DNA from: a virus
Direction: 5' to 3' (one strand)
DNA: 64,000 bases
Virus record (IMG/VR): IMGVR_UViG_3300037467_001050
Location: 58,895-122,894 of that record
Below, in pieces: positions 8,267 to 17,860 of the stretch. The translations under genes were made by a program, and so were the position numbers. The first letter of the stretch is position 1; each line of letters starts with the position of its first letter. The notes under the pieces are model-generated. The model was not told the origin of the DNA, searched no databases, and was given only the letters and a program-made list of their open reading frames with translations.

Positions 8267-11200
8267 ATGGGCCAGGAGACCACCGAACTCAAAGCAGTCG
8301 TTACCGTCGAGACCCGCGCGGAAGCGCAGATCGACCGGCTCGAGAAGAAGATCAAGTCGCTGGCGGGCGCTGCCAACTCCACCTTCAAAGCCCCGCTCGA
8401 CACCACCACCAAACAAGCCCAGCTGATCTCGAAGGCGTTCGAGAAGCACCGCGGTGACATGCAGGACTTCGGCCGCGCACAGCGCGACTGGGCCAACAGC
8501 ATCTACCGCCAAGGCAAGATGACGGTGACGCTCTACGACGAGCTCGAGAAGAGCGTCCGGAGCATGATCACCGCGCAGGGTCAACTGCGCAAGGGTGCGG
8601 ACGAGGCCAAGTTCATCCGCGCCGTCCGAACCCTCAACGCCTACGCCTACGTCTGGAACCGGCACCACGACACCTACGTGCGGAACCTGCGTCAGCAGGA
8701 TCGCCTGCAGGCCCAGATCGAGGACAAGCGGCTCTATCTCGCGCAGCGCGCCACCCAGGCCTTCGAGCGCGGTGAGAAGCGCCGGGCCGATAGCGCCGCA
8801 GCTCTCGACCGGCAGCGCTCGCGCGCCTTCCTGGCGGCGGAGAATGAGAAGGAGAGTGCGCGCCGGGCACTCGAACGCCAGCGATCGCGCGCCTACATCG
8901 CGCAGATCCGCACCGAGGAGGCTGCCGGTCGCAAGGCGGAAGCCAACAAGATCCGCGAGCAGCTGCGCGCCCAGCGTGAGGCGGAGAAACTCCGTCGTGC
9001 CGACGAGCGGGCAAAGCTCAAGGTTGCCGCTGAGCAAGAGAGCGCCAGACGCGCCCTCGAGCGGCAACGGTCGCGCGCCTACATCGCGCAGATCCGAGAG
9101 CAGGAGCGGCTTGGCCAGAGAGCCGAAGCGGAGAGGGTCCGCGAAGCTCTTCGCCAGCAGCGCATGCAGGAGAGCTCTCGTCGCGCGATCGAGCGCCAGC
9201 GGTCGCGCGCGTACATCGCCGAGATCCGAGAGCAGGAGCGGCTCGGCCGAAAGGCTGAAGCCGACAAGATCCGCGAGAAGCTCCGACAGGAACGCTCCCA
9301 GGAGAGCTCTCGCCGAGCCCTGGAGCGCCAGCGCAGCCAAGCGTACATCAAGGAGATCCGGGATCAGGAGCGTGCCGGCCGAAAGGCAGAGGCCGATAAG
9401 ATCCGCGAGCAGTTGCGCCAGCAGCGCTCCCAGGAGAGCGCCCGCCGGGCTTTGGATCGGCAGCGCACTCAGGCCTACACGCGCGAGCTGCGCGAGCAAG
9501 CCGGAGCTGAAGCCAAGAACGCCCGCTACATCCAGCAGTTGAAGAACAACTCCTGGATCATGCAGATGCGCCAGGACGAGCAGGCGCGCAGGGCGCAGGA
9601 GCGCGCCGCTCGGTCCTCGTGGCGCCAGTTTGGCGTCGACGGCAAGCAGTCCCTGCGCGGGCTCGGCATCGGCACGCAGTCGATCGGCAGCGCGCTCAAC
9701 CGCACGGGCGTCATCGCCATGTACGGTGGCGCAGCCGCCGGTGCCGCATCGGCCGCCGCCCAGCGCGGCGTGCGCTCGCGCATGAGCGTTGAGGCTGCCG
9801 AGACCGAGCTGCGCATGTTCGGTGGTGAGCTCGCCCGCCCGGGCAAACCCGCCAAGCCGATGACGGCTGCAGACGTCGCCGGGATCCGCAGCGAGTGGCT
9901 CGATGAGGCCGCAATCGGCTCAGGCGTCTCGGCCACGACCGGCCTCAACGTCCTCACCGAGGTGATCAAAGCCGGTATCGATCCGGCGAAGTCGCGCGAA
10001 ATGACCGAGCTCGTCCTCGGAGCCTCCGCCGGCATGGACATGAACACCCGGGAGACCACCCGCGTGCTCGGACGTGCCGCGACCAACATCCCCAACGTCG
10101 ACAGCGCCCGCATGAAGAAGATCATGACGGGCATGGCGATCGCCGCCGCAGAGACCGCGGCCGACCCGGACGAGATCGTGTCCGGCATGGATCGCGGCAT
10201 GGGCGCGCTCTCCTACGGCATGTCGCCCGAGGATCTTGCGGCCTGGGTCGCCGTCGGTCGCTCGACCGGCATCCAAGCGGCAAAGTCCGGCAACTTCATC
10301 GCCACCCTGCTCTCGAAGGGCGTCAACGCCAAGAACCTGCGCGGCAAACCCGGCAGGGATATGGATGATGCTGCCCGGATGCTCGGCATGGGCAGCGCCC
10401 GCGGCATGTCCCGGCGCGCCTCGGCTGACCCGAACCAGTTCCTTGAGGACATGTTCGAGAAGGTCGAGAGCATGAGCGTCGACAAGCGCGCCAAGCTCTC
10501 GAACCTCATGGGCGGCCAGGAGTGGGACGACGAGATCCTGCAGATGAAGCAGGGTCTCCAGAAGCTCAAGGAAGTCCGCGCCGCCATGAAGGACGAGCGC
10601 AACAAGAACTTCCTCGAGGACAACAAGGACCTCAAGAACAACTCGCTGCGCGGCCTCTGGGCTCGCATGCGAGCGCGCTTCGGTCTCCTGTGGGAGACCT
10701 TCGGTGATGGCTTCACGAGCACCTTCGAGGAGGTCTCGCGCTGGTTCATCATCAGCGGTCGTGCGGTGAACCTCGGTGGTCTTCGGACCATCGGCGCATC
10801 GTTCATGACCGGACTTGTGAATGGTCTCGGGTTCGAGAACTGGACCGCGCTGCTGAACAAGTATTTCAACGGCGGCCAGTTCGACTGGGGCGACATCAAC
10901 GACAAGGTCCAGCGCTTCGCCAAAGGCTTCGGCAAGGGCCTCAAGGCGGTCTACGACAACCTGCAGTCGATCCTCGGGATGGTGCCCGGCTCCGGCAAGA
11001 TGGACGCCGAGTCCCTCGGTGAGATGACCGCCAAGCTCGTCGGGTTCGCGCTCGGCGTGCAGGCCGGAAAACCCGCCTGGGATCTGCTCGGCATCGTCAA
11101 GGACGGCCTCATTGCCCTCGCGGGCGGCGTCATCTTCCTCAACGGCGCGCTGGGCCTGCTCGGGCTCGGCGGGATCAAGGGTCTCGGCGGCAAGGCGCTC

Positions 11201-13339
11201 GGCGTACTCGGCGCTCGCACCTTCGCGGGCGCAGCTGGTGCTGTCGGCTCGGTTGCGATCGGCGAAGCTCTGGGCACCGTCGGTGTCGGTGCAAGTCTCG
11301 CGGCCATCGCCGCTGGCGGCATCCTGATCGCCGGTCTCGCGGCCGGCGTGGCGGCCATCGCCGTCACGATCATGAACTGGGACGCGATCAAGGAGTGGTT
11401 CAAGCCCTATCAGCAAAAGGCGCAGGGCAACCTCACCGACAAGGAGTTCCAGGACAATCAGGGTCTGGCCGAAGGCCTCAACGCCGAAGCCGACCCGCTC
11501 GCCAGGGCCATCGGCCGGTGGCTCAAATCGTGGTTCACCAAGGACGCCACACCGGCACAGCGCCGGCAGATGTCGTTCTCCGGTGATGGCGACTTCCGCT
11601 CGATGCTCCATTACGCGAGCTTCGAGGCCTCCGGTCTCAGCGACCTGAAGCACTCCGTCGACAAGATGGGCGCCAAGTTCGAGCTTGCCGCCCTGACGGG
11701 TCCGGGCATCGCAGCTGGCTCTCACGCCATGCTGGGATCAACAGGCACCGGAACCGGCAGCGGCAGCACCAGCTATGGTCTGCCGCAATACTCGATCCCA
11801 AACTCGGATCCGGCCCAGCGCTACGGAAAGCGGTTCTTCTCGGTCCCGGGCGGCCTGTTCGACGGTAGAGGTAACCCGTCGGGTATCGTCGGGTACGGCG
11901 CCAACCCTGGAGCCTACAAGCCGTTCCTCGACTACATCGCCGGCACCGAAGGTACGGCAGGTGGCAAGAACAACGGCTACGATGTCACGCTGGCCAACGG
12001 CAAGCTACTACCGGGAGGTAAGGAGCAGGATCTGACCAAGATGACCTTGGATCAGATCGACGCCATGCAGACGGGGATGCTGAACAACCCGAACAACCGC
12101 TGGAATTCTTCCGCGGCGGGTCGTTATCAGATCGTCCGCAAGACCCTGCGCAATCTTCGCCGCCAGCTCGGGCTCAAGGGCAATGAGCTGTTCGATGAGG
12201 CGATGCAGGACCGGCTCGGCGCGACGCTCGCCCAGCAGCGCGGTGCCAACGGCTCGCTTGGATCTGAGTGGGCTTCCCTGCGGGGAGGCAAGCTCTCCCA
12301 AGCGATCGCGATACTCGGTCAAGTGCCGAAGGACGCATCAACCACGCCCGGAGCTCGCCCGGCCGATGCGGTCTCAGGTCTCGACCAGTTCGAAGGTCTG
12401 CGGCTGAAGAGCCGTGAGGCGATCGCCGGCGGGGCTACGGCTCTCGGCATCACCGATCTGGCTCGTCAGGCGCAGGCGAACCTGCCTGGCGGTGTTGCGC
12501 GGTTCTCGTCGTTCAACGACGCCTACCATCACGGCGCGAACCCGAATAGCAAGCACACGCAGGGCCTCGCCTTCGACACATCGCTCAACGATCCACGGCA
12601 GCACGCTGCCGCGGCCGAAGCGATGCGCGAGAAGCTGCGGGCAGCCGGCCTCGACGAGAACGCCTTCAAGGTCATCGACGAGTACGCGAACCCCTCGGGG
12701 CATGCCACCGGCGGTCACATCCACACGCAGTTCAATACCAAGGAGGCGGCCCAGAAGTACCACGACTACGTGGCGGCTCTGGACCAGAAGGCCAAGGCAG
12801 TCGTTGCCTCGAACAAAGTCGACGGTGCCGACGGCATGACCTCCACAGGATGGAAGTCGGCTGGATGGAAGCAGGAGAACGGCGGACCGTGGATCAACAA
12901 GGCGACCGGCCAGGAGGCCTCTCCCGAGAAAGCCGCCGAGCTCAACAAGAAGATGGCGGACTGGGATGAGCGCAAGAAGAGGATGTTCGGTCGGGGTCGT
13001 CCGCGGACCCTGGCTGACGACGGCTTCACCGGCGTGCCTTTTGGGGCAAGCAAGGAGCTGATCGACAAGGCGAAGGACGCGGCGAACGGTGGTGGCGCTG
13101 CGGCGACCGCCAACGGCGCCCCGAGCTCCGGTGCCGAGCGCATGATCAAGAACGTGCCCGCTCCGTCGGTCGGCGGCGGTCAGGGCGGCGGCGGCGGTGG
13201 AAGCGCTCCGCAGATCCACGTCACCCAGCACATCAACGGCTGGGAGAAGTCGCCCAAGGAAATCGCCGACATGTCGCAGAAGCACATCACCGAGGCGTGG
13301 AACCACCCGAACTTCGACCTCGAGCCAGGACTCGGCTGA
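8267..13339 (+). CDS. Tape measure protein with C-terminal lysozyme-like and peptidase M15-like domains
   Basis: 1690 aa; helical repeats; TP901-type core; FLDYIAGTEG...SSAAGRYQI lysozyme motif; SKHTQGLAFD...GHIH Zn-peptidase motif. Confidence 0.9.
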   Translation: MGQETTELKAVVTVETRAEAQIDRLEKKIKSLAGAANSTFKAPLDTTTKQAQLISKAFEKHRGDMQDFGRAQRDWANSIYRQGKMTVTLYDELEKSVRSMITAQGQLRKGADEAKFIRAVRTLNAYAYVWNRHHDTYVRNLRQQDRLQAQIEDKRLYLAQRATQAFERGEKRRADSAAALDRQRSRAFLAAENEKESARRALERQRSRAYIAQIRTEEAAGRKAEANKIREQLRAQREAEKLRRADERAKLKVAAEQESARRALERQRSRAYIAQIREQERLGQRAEAERVREALRQQRMQESSRRAIERQRSRAYIAEIREQERLGRKAEADKIREKLRQERSQESSRRALERQRSQAYIKEIRDQERAGRKAEADKIREQLRQQRSQESARRALDRQRTQAYTRELREQAGAEAKNARYIQQLKNNSWIMQMRQDEQARRAQERAARSSWRQFGVDGKQSLRGLGIGTQSIGSALNRTGVIAMYGGAAAGAASAAAQRGVRSRMSVEAAETELRMFGGELARPGKPAKPMTAADVAGIRSEWLDEAAIGSGVSATTGLNVLTEVIKAGIDPAKSREMTELVLGASAGMDMNTRETTRVLGRAATNIPNVDSARMKKIMTGMAIAAAETAADPDEIVSGMDRGMGALSYGMSPEDLAAWVAVGRSTGIQAAKSGNFIATLLSKGVNAKNLRGKPGRDMDDAARMLGMGSARGMSRRASADPNQFLEDMFEKVESMSVDKRAKLSNLMGGQEWDDEILQMKQGLQKLKEVRAAMKDERNKNFLEDNKDLKNNSLRGLWARMRARFGLLWETFGDGFTSTFEEVSRWFIISGRAVNLGGLRTIGASFMTGLVNGLGFENWTALLNKYFNGGQFDWGDINDKVQRFAKGFGKGLKAVYDNLQSILGMVPGSGKMDAESLGEMTAKLVGFALGVQAGKPAWDLLGIVKDGLIALAGGVIFLNGALGLLGLGGIKGLGGKALGVLGARTFAGAAGAVGSVAIGEALGTVGVGASLAAIAAGGILIAGLAAGVAAIAVTIMNWDAIKEWFKPYQQKAQGNLTDKEFQDNQGLAEGLNAEADPLARAIGRWLKSWFTKDATPAQRRQMSFSGDGDFRSMLHYASFEASGLSDLKHSVDKMGAKFELAALTGPGIAAGSHAMLGSTGTGTGSGSTSYGLPQYSIPNSDPAQRYGKRFFSVPGGLFDGRGNPSGIVGYGANPGAYKPFLDYIAGTEGTAGGKNNGYDVTLANGKLLPGGKEQDLTKMTLDQIDAMQTGMLNNPNNRWNSSAAGRYQIVRKTLRNLRRQLGLKGNELFDEAMQDRLGATLAQQRGANGSLGSEWASLRGGKLSQAIAILGQVPKDASTTPGARPADAVSGLDQFEGLRLKSREAIAGGATALGITDLARQAQANLPGGVARFSSFNDAYHHGANPNSKHTQGLAFDTSLNDPRQHAAAAEAMREKLRAAGLDENAFKVIDEYANPSGHATGGHIHTQFNTKEAAQKYHDYVAALDQKAKAVVASNKVDGADGMTSTGWKSAGWKQENGGPWINKATGQEASPEKAAELNKKMADWDERKKRMFGRGRPRTLADDGFTGVPFGASKELIDKAKDAANGGGAAATANGAPSSGAERMIKNVPAPSVGGGQGGGGGGSAPQIHVTQHINGWEKSPKEIADMSQKHITEAWNHPNFDLEPGLG
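9038..9500 (+). repeat. 132-bp (44-aa) tandem repeats in the tape measure gene
   Basis: ES(A/S)RRA(L/I)(E/D)RQR units start at 9038, 9170, 9302 and 9434; a further copy starts at 8852. Confidence 0.85.
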
Positions 13340-13423
13340 TCACGACAACGACCCGCGCGGGGACCTCTCCGCGCGGGCCCACCACCCGAACGAGAGCCGG
13401 GATCAACCCGGCCGGAGGTGCCT

Positions 13424-13894
13424 ATGGCCGACACGCTCCTGAGCATCGGCAAGAACTTCTTCTACTCGCCCAAGCCCGGCGAGGAGACCCCGAACTATCA
13501 GGCCCTGACCCGCGACCTCAACTGGACGTGGACGGCCCAGCCGCGGCTCTCGCGCGAGAACGCCAACCAGTTCACCGGCATCGGTGAGAAGCGCGCGATC
13601 GTCGAGGGGCGGCTCTACCCGCACATCTTCGGCGGCCTGAAAACCCTCGACGCGATCGAGGCGACCGGCGACGAGGGGAAGCCCGTGCCGCTGATCCGCT
13701 ACTTCCGCTTCACCAATCCTGTCGAATACATCGGCGAGCTGGTCGGCCTCTACGGCATCGCCCGCCTGCGCCGACAGGAAACCAAGATTAATTCTGGCAA
13801 CGTGCCGATGGCTGTCGATTTCACCCTTGAGCTGATCCAGTTCGGCGAGGACTCAGCCAGCACGTCGCCAGACGAATTCCTGAGGCTCGGCTGA
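13424..13894 (+). CDS. Phage tail protein (P2 gpU-like)
   Basis: WTAQPRL, QFTG.G, G.L.P motifs; follows the tape measure gene; GGAGG RBS. Confidence 0.85.
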   Translation: MADTLLSIGKNFFYSPKPGEETPNYQALTRDLNWTWTAQPRLSRENANQFTGIGEKRAIVEGRLYPHIFGGLKTLDAIEATGDEGKPVPLIRYFRFTNPVEYIGELVGLYGIARLRRQETKINSGNVPMAVDFTLELIQFGEDSASTSPDEFLRLG

Positions 13895-14121
13895 TGGCTA
13901 AGCCCTACATCACCCAGATGTACGACCGGCTCGATAAGATCTGCGAGCGGCGCTACGGCATCTACGACTCGAAGACCCACCAGCACGTCTGGGACGCCAA
14001 CCCAGGGCTGGTCAGTCACGGCATGCTGCTGCCGATGGGCATGGCCCTCAAACTGCCGCCGCTGCCGACGCCGAACACCGACACCACGCCGGTCATCGAT
14101 CAGATCCGCCTCTGGGACTGA
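13894..14121 (+). CDS. Tail protein X (P2 gpX-like, LysM-like)
   Basis: DRLDKIC.RRYG, DANPGL, LP.G..LKLP, IRLWD. Confidence 0.9.
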   Translation: MAKPYITQMYDRLDKICERRYGIYDSKTHQHVWDANPGLVSHGMLLPMGMALKLPPLPTPNTDTTPVIDQIRLWD

Positions 14122-14147
14122 TCCAATCCACCCCTTTAGACCAATCC

Positions 14148-14176
14148 AGGTCGCCCCATCCGGGCGGCCTTTTTCT
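14148..14176 (+). terminator. Intrinsic terminator
   Basis: AGGTCGCCC-CATCC-GGGCGGCCT followed by TTTTCT. Confidence 0.65.
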
Positions 14177-14190
14177 CTGCGTGAGGACCC

Positions 14191-15321
14191 ATGCCTGTCG
14201 GCTACACGCCGATCTTCCGGATCGAACAAGAGGGGATCGACATCACCAGCCGGTTCAACGACCGGCTCACCGAGATCGAGGTGACGCTCACCAACGGCCA
14301 GGGCCAGCAGGACACCTGCGAGATCACCCTCGATGACCGCGAGTGGAAGATCGCCAGCCCGACAGTCGGGCGCAAGCTCGAGATCTATCTCGGCTACAAG
14401 GAGGTCGGCCTCGCCCAGCAGAACGTCTTCACGATCAAGACGGTCGAGTACCTCGGGCCGCCGCGCTCGATCAAGATTACCGGGACCGCCACCGACTTCA
14501 TCGGCACGCTCAAGCAGCCGCGGGTCAAGGAGTATGAGGGCAAGACCCTCAAGGAGGTGATCGAGAGCATCGCCAAGGAGGCGAACGTCACCGCCATGGT
14601 CGAGCAGGGGCTCGGAGAGATCCGGGTTCCGTTCATGAACCAGACCCAGAGCTCAGTCCACCTCCTGCAGGAGCTGGAGCGGCGCTACGGCGCCATCGCC
14701 CAGTTCGACAGCGGCAAGCTGATCTTCATCCCCCGCGACGCCAACACGACCGCCAACGGCATCTCGCTTCCGGCGCTGCTGCTGAAGCCCGAGCACCTCG
14801 CCAAGTGGTCTGTCCGGCACGACAAGCGGAACGACTTCACCGGCGCGCGGGGCGCCTACATCGACCCGGACACGCACCAGCCTGTCTGGATCGAGGAGCA
14901 GAACCCCCGGGCCGAGACCGATCCCGAGTACGGCCGGCCGGAGAAGAACCCCTACCGTTTCCCGAAGCCGTTCGTGTCGGAAGAGGAGGCTCGGGCCGGG
15001 CTCAAGTCGGCCATCTCGACGATGAACCGCTCGCTCGGCGAGTGCAATCTCGTCCTGTCCAAGGGCGATCCGTGGATCCGCGGCAACCAGCTGACGCTGA
15101 TCTCCGGGATGCGCGATGGCATCAACGGGGTCTATATTTCTGAAACCGTAAAACACACATACACGAAAGGCACAGGTCTGCTCACGACCATCATGGGCAA
15201 GCCGCCCGGCGGCGAGACCTCGCTCGATAACGGCGCCGGCTCGGACGAGAAGGTCTTCAGCCCAAAACCCGGTGAGAAAATGGGTGAGCGGTTCATCCCG
15301 CCCACCTTCGACAACACATGA
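14191..15321 (+). CDS. Baseplate hub/late control protein (P2 gpD-like)
   Basis: DITSRFNDRL, DTCEITLDD, NQTQSSVHLL..L..RYG motifs. Confidence 0.9.
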   Translation: MPVGYTPIFRIEQEGIDITSRFNDRLTEIEVTLTNGQGQQDTCEITLDDREWKIASPTVGRKLEIYLGYKEVGLAQQNVFTIKTVEYLGPPRSIKITGTATDFIGTLKQPRVKEYEGKTLKEVIESIAKEANVTAMVEQGLGEIRVPFMNQTQSSVHLLQELERRYGAIAQFDSGKLIFIPRDANTTANGISLPALLLKPEHLAKWSVRHDKRNDFTGARGAYIDPDTHQPVWIEEQNPRAETDPEYGRPEKNPYRFPKPFVSEEEARAGLKSAISTMNRSLGECNLVLSKGDPWIRGNQLTLISGMRDGINGVYISETVKHTYTKGTGLLTTIMGKPPGGETSLDNGAGSDEKVFSPKPGEKMGERFIPPTFDNT

Positions 15322-15329
15322 CCGGACGC

Positions 15330-15343
15330 TTGCAGGAATGCAA
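15330..15343 (+). promoter_or_regulatory. Repeated motif TTGCAGGAATGCAA (perfect copy)
   Basis: Exact match upstream of the endolysin; second half-site AATGCAAATG overlaps the start codon. Confidence 0.75.
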
Positions 15344-15365
15344 GCCAACCGGCGGAGGAATGCAA

Positions 15366-16538
15366 ATGACCATGCTGACCAGCGAGGCGCTGCGCCGCAT
15401 CGCCCCGTCGGCGCGCGCTGACATCGTCGCCGCCCTGATCGCGGCCGAGCCCGAGATGCGTGCGGCCGGCATCACCGCCAACGAGCGCCGCCTGCGCCAC
15501 TTCATCGCCCAGACCGCCTGTGAGAGCGCCGGCTTCCGCCATCTGGAAGAGGGGCTCTCCTACACGGCTGAGCGCCTGCATGCCGTGTGGCCGAAGCGCT
15601 TCCCGACTGTCGCCTCGGCGCGCCCCTACGCGCGCAACCCAGAGAAGCTGGCGAACAAGGTCTACGGCGGCCGTCTGGGTAACACCCAGAGTGGCGACGG
15701 ATACAAGTACCGCGGTGGCGGCCTGATCCAGACCACCGGCCGCGACAACTACCGGGCGGCCGGCCACGAGCACGACCCCGAGACGGTCCGGACGCCGGCC
15801 GGCGGCGTCGCTGCTGCCATCGAGTTCTGGAAGCGCAACGGCCTCAACATCATCGCCGACCGCGACGACATCGTGGCTGTGACCCGCAAGGTGAACGGCG
15901 GCGAGAACGGTCTTGCGGAGCGCCGGAATTTCTACCGGCTCGCCTGCAAGTACATCGTGCCGGTCTCCGACGAGGTCGAGGACGGTTCCGAGGGTGAGAC
16001 CCGCGCCCCGGCGCCCGCCGACCTCGCTCTGTCCGCCGGCAAGATCAAGGCCCTGCAGGAGCAACTGCTGCAGCTCGGCTACGCCCAGATCGGCCGGCCC
16101 GACGGCGTCATGGGCTCGAAGACCATCGCGGCGATCTCCCAGTTCCAGGCGGAGAACGGCATCGAGGTCAACGGCCGCTTCGACGAGCAGACGCAGGAAC
16201 ACCTCTACGAGGCCAGCCCCCGGGTCACGAACTACGCCGACCCGAAGGAGAAGGGCAGCAAGATCACCAAGCACGCCGAGACGATGATGAAGGGCGCGCT
16301 GGGTCTGATGGGTGCCACCGGCTTCAGTGCCGCGGCTGACCCGCTGTCGCAGATAGAGGCGGCCAAGGGCTACCTCGACCGCATCAAGTCAGTGATGGCG
16401 CCGTTCCACGCGATCCAGGAGTTCGTGACCGGCCACGTCTGGCTCGTCGCGATCGCCGCCGCGCTCGCCGTCTACCTCTACGGACGGACCATCGCCCACC
16501 ACGACGCCGACAATCACGCAACTGGAAAAACGGCGTAA
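15366..16538 (+). CDS. Endolysin: GH19 glycoside hydrolase, peptidoglycan-binding domain and C-terminal hydrophobic segments
   Basis: RHFIAQTACES, YRGGGLIQTTGRDNY, VTRKVNGGENGLAERR; LQEQLLQLGY...DGVMGSKT..AI..FQ. Confidence 0.92.
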   Translation: MTMLTSEALRRIAPSARADIVAALIAAEPEMRAAGITANERRLRHFIAQTACESAGFRHLEEGLSYTAERLHAVWPKRFPTVASARPYARNPEKLANKVYGGRLGNTQSGDGYKYRGGGLIQTTGRDNYRAAGHEHDPETVRTPAGGVAAAIEFWKRNGLNIIADRDDIVAVTRKVNGGENGLAERRNFYRLACKYIVPVSDEVEDGSEGETRAPAPADLALSAGKIKALQEQLLQLGYAQIGRPDGVMGSKTIAAISQFQAENGIEVNGRFDEQTQEHLYEASPRVTNYADPKEKGSKITKHAETMMKGALGLMGATGFSAAADPLSQIEAAKGYLDRIKSVMAPFHAIQEFVTGHVWLVAIAAALAVYLYGRTIAHHDADNHATGKTA

Positions 16539-16550
16539 GGGATCCCCGAA

Positions 16551-16934
16551 ATGCTCAGCAAGCTCAAAGACTTGCTCGCCGGGTTGATCCCCGGCGGCAC
16601 GGCCGTCACCGCGATCTGGAACTTCGTCACCTCGACCGTCGGCATGGTGCTGATCGCCAGCACCATCGCCTTCGTCACCGGCTACCACCTTCGGGCGGAG
16701 AAGGCCGAGCTCGACGACCTGCGCCATCAGGTGCTGGTGTTGAAGACCGACAACGAGCTGTCCGAGAACGCCCGCAAGCTGGTCGAGCGCCAGTCGGCGA
16801 GCCTCGAGGCGAAGCTCAAGTCCAACCAGGGGAGGGTGGCTGCTCTGCAGGCCGATCTCGCCAAGCGCGCACCGGCTCGCAAGGCCTGCGGGCTGACCGA
16901 GGACGACGCGCGCAAGCTGCGGGAGATCCAGTGA
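16551..16934 (+). CDS. Inner-membrane spanin (Rz-like)
   Basis: N-terminal TM segment and coiled coil; follows the endolysin. Confidence 0.7.
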   Translation: MLSKLKDLLAGLIPGGTAVTAIWNFVTSTVGMVLIASTIAFVTGYHLRAEKAELDDLRHQVLVLKTDNELSENARKLVERQSASLEAKLKSNQGRVAALQADLAKRAPARKACGLTEDDARKLREIQ

Positions 16935-17275
16935 TGGCCCCGAAGGCTCTCCTCAAGATCTCCGTCACGGCGGCGCTCGCCGCCTCCCTGGCGGCCTGTG
17001 CCACCTCCGGCAATCCGGGTCTCGCCCGGAAGCTGCCACTGGCGCCCGACTACGCGCGCCCGGTCCTCACCGCCGACCCCAAGGCCGGCGAAGATGCCCT
17101 GATCGTTGCCGCGCGCGAGCGCCTCGGCAAGGCTCAGGCGAACTGCATCATCCAGAACTTCCGGAACTGGTACGAGCGCGTCCGCGAGGCCTACGCCCGC
17201 GGGGACGACGGTTCGGCACTGGCGAAGGAGACGGCTGAAAAGTGCGGCCCCCTGCCGAGGCGGGGGCGCCCATAG
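16934..17275 (+). CDS. Outer-membrane spanin lipoprotein (Rz1-like)
   Basis: Lipobox LAAC followed by a Pro-rich segment. Confidence 0.7.
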   Translation: MAPKALLKISVTAALAASLAACATSGNPGLARKLPLAPDYARPVLTADPKAGEDALIVAARERLGKAQANCIIQNFRNWYERVREAYARGDDGSALAKETAEKCGPLPRRGRP

Positions 17276-17377
17276 TCATAGACCGTCGCCCAGACCCCAT
17301 GCCCACATTCGCCCCGCCCGCCGCCGCTGTCGCCGAGAGCGGCAGCCCGACGCGCCCCTCATGACAGGGTGCAATTT

Positions 17378-17806
17378 ATGGAAGATGAGACCATGGCCAC
17401 GGCGCAGATGCAGTCATTCGACTCGCGCCTCTCCGTGCTTGAGACAGAAGTCAAAGGCATCGTTGGAACCCAGCAGAGCATCATCAACGCGGTCGATCGG
17501 ATCGGATCCAAGATCGACCAGAAGTCGACGCCCCAGTGGAGTGTCTATATCTCGGCCGCCGCGTTTCTGCTGACCGTCCTCATCACGATCGGCGCCGCCT
17601 GGAAGGCACCGATCGAGACCTCGATCACGAAGCAGGACAGCGACATCCGCAAGCTCCAGGACAGCATCGTCAGTCGCACGGAACATGCCGAGCACTGGCG
17701 CTGGTCGGAGAAGGAGTTCGACATCCTGCGCCAGCGCGTCACGCGCGAGCACGATCAGATCGAGAAGCGCATCGACCGCTTGGAGGCCCAGCGCCTCGGC
17801 AAGTGA
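17378..17806 (+). CDS. Single-TM coiled-coil protein (XhlA/holin-like)
   Basis: Coiled coil, then TM segment SVYISAAAFLLTVLITIGAAW, then coiled coil. Confidence 0.6.
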   Translation: MEDETMATAQMQSFDSRLSVLETEVKGIVGTQQSIINAVDRIGSKIDQKSTPQWSVYISAAAFLLTVLITIGAAWKAPIETSITKQDSDIRKLQDSIVSRTEHAEHWRWSEKEFDILRQRVTREHDQIEKRIDRLEAQRLGK

Positions 17807-17807
17807 T

Positions 17808-17821
17808 TTGCAGGAATGCAA
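17808..17821 (+). promoter_or_regulatory. Repeated motif TTGCAGGAATGCAA (perfect copy)
   Basis: Exact match 1 nt after a stop codon; AAAATGCAAAC at the 19-nt spacing. Confidence 0.75.
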
Positions 17822-17860
17822 ATGACGTGCTAGGGAAAATGCAAACGGAGATGCTAACGC

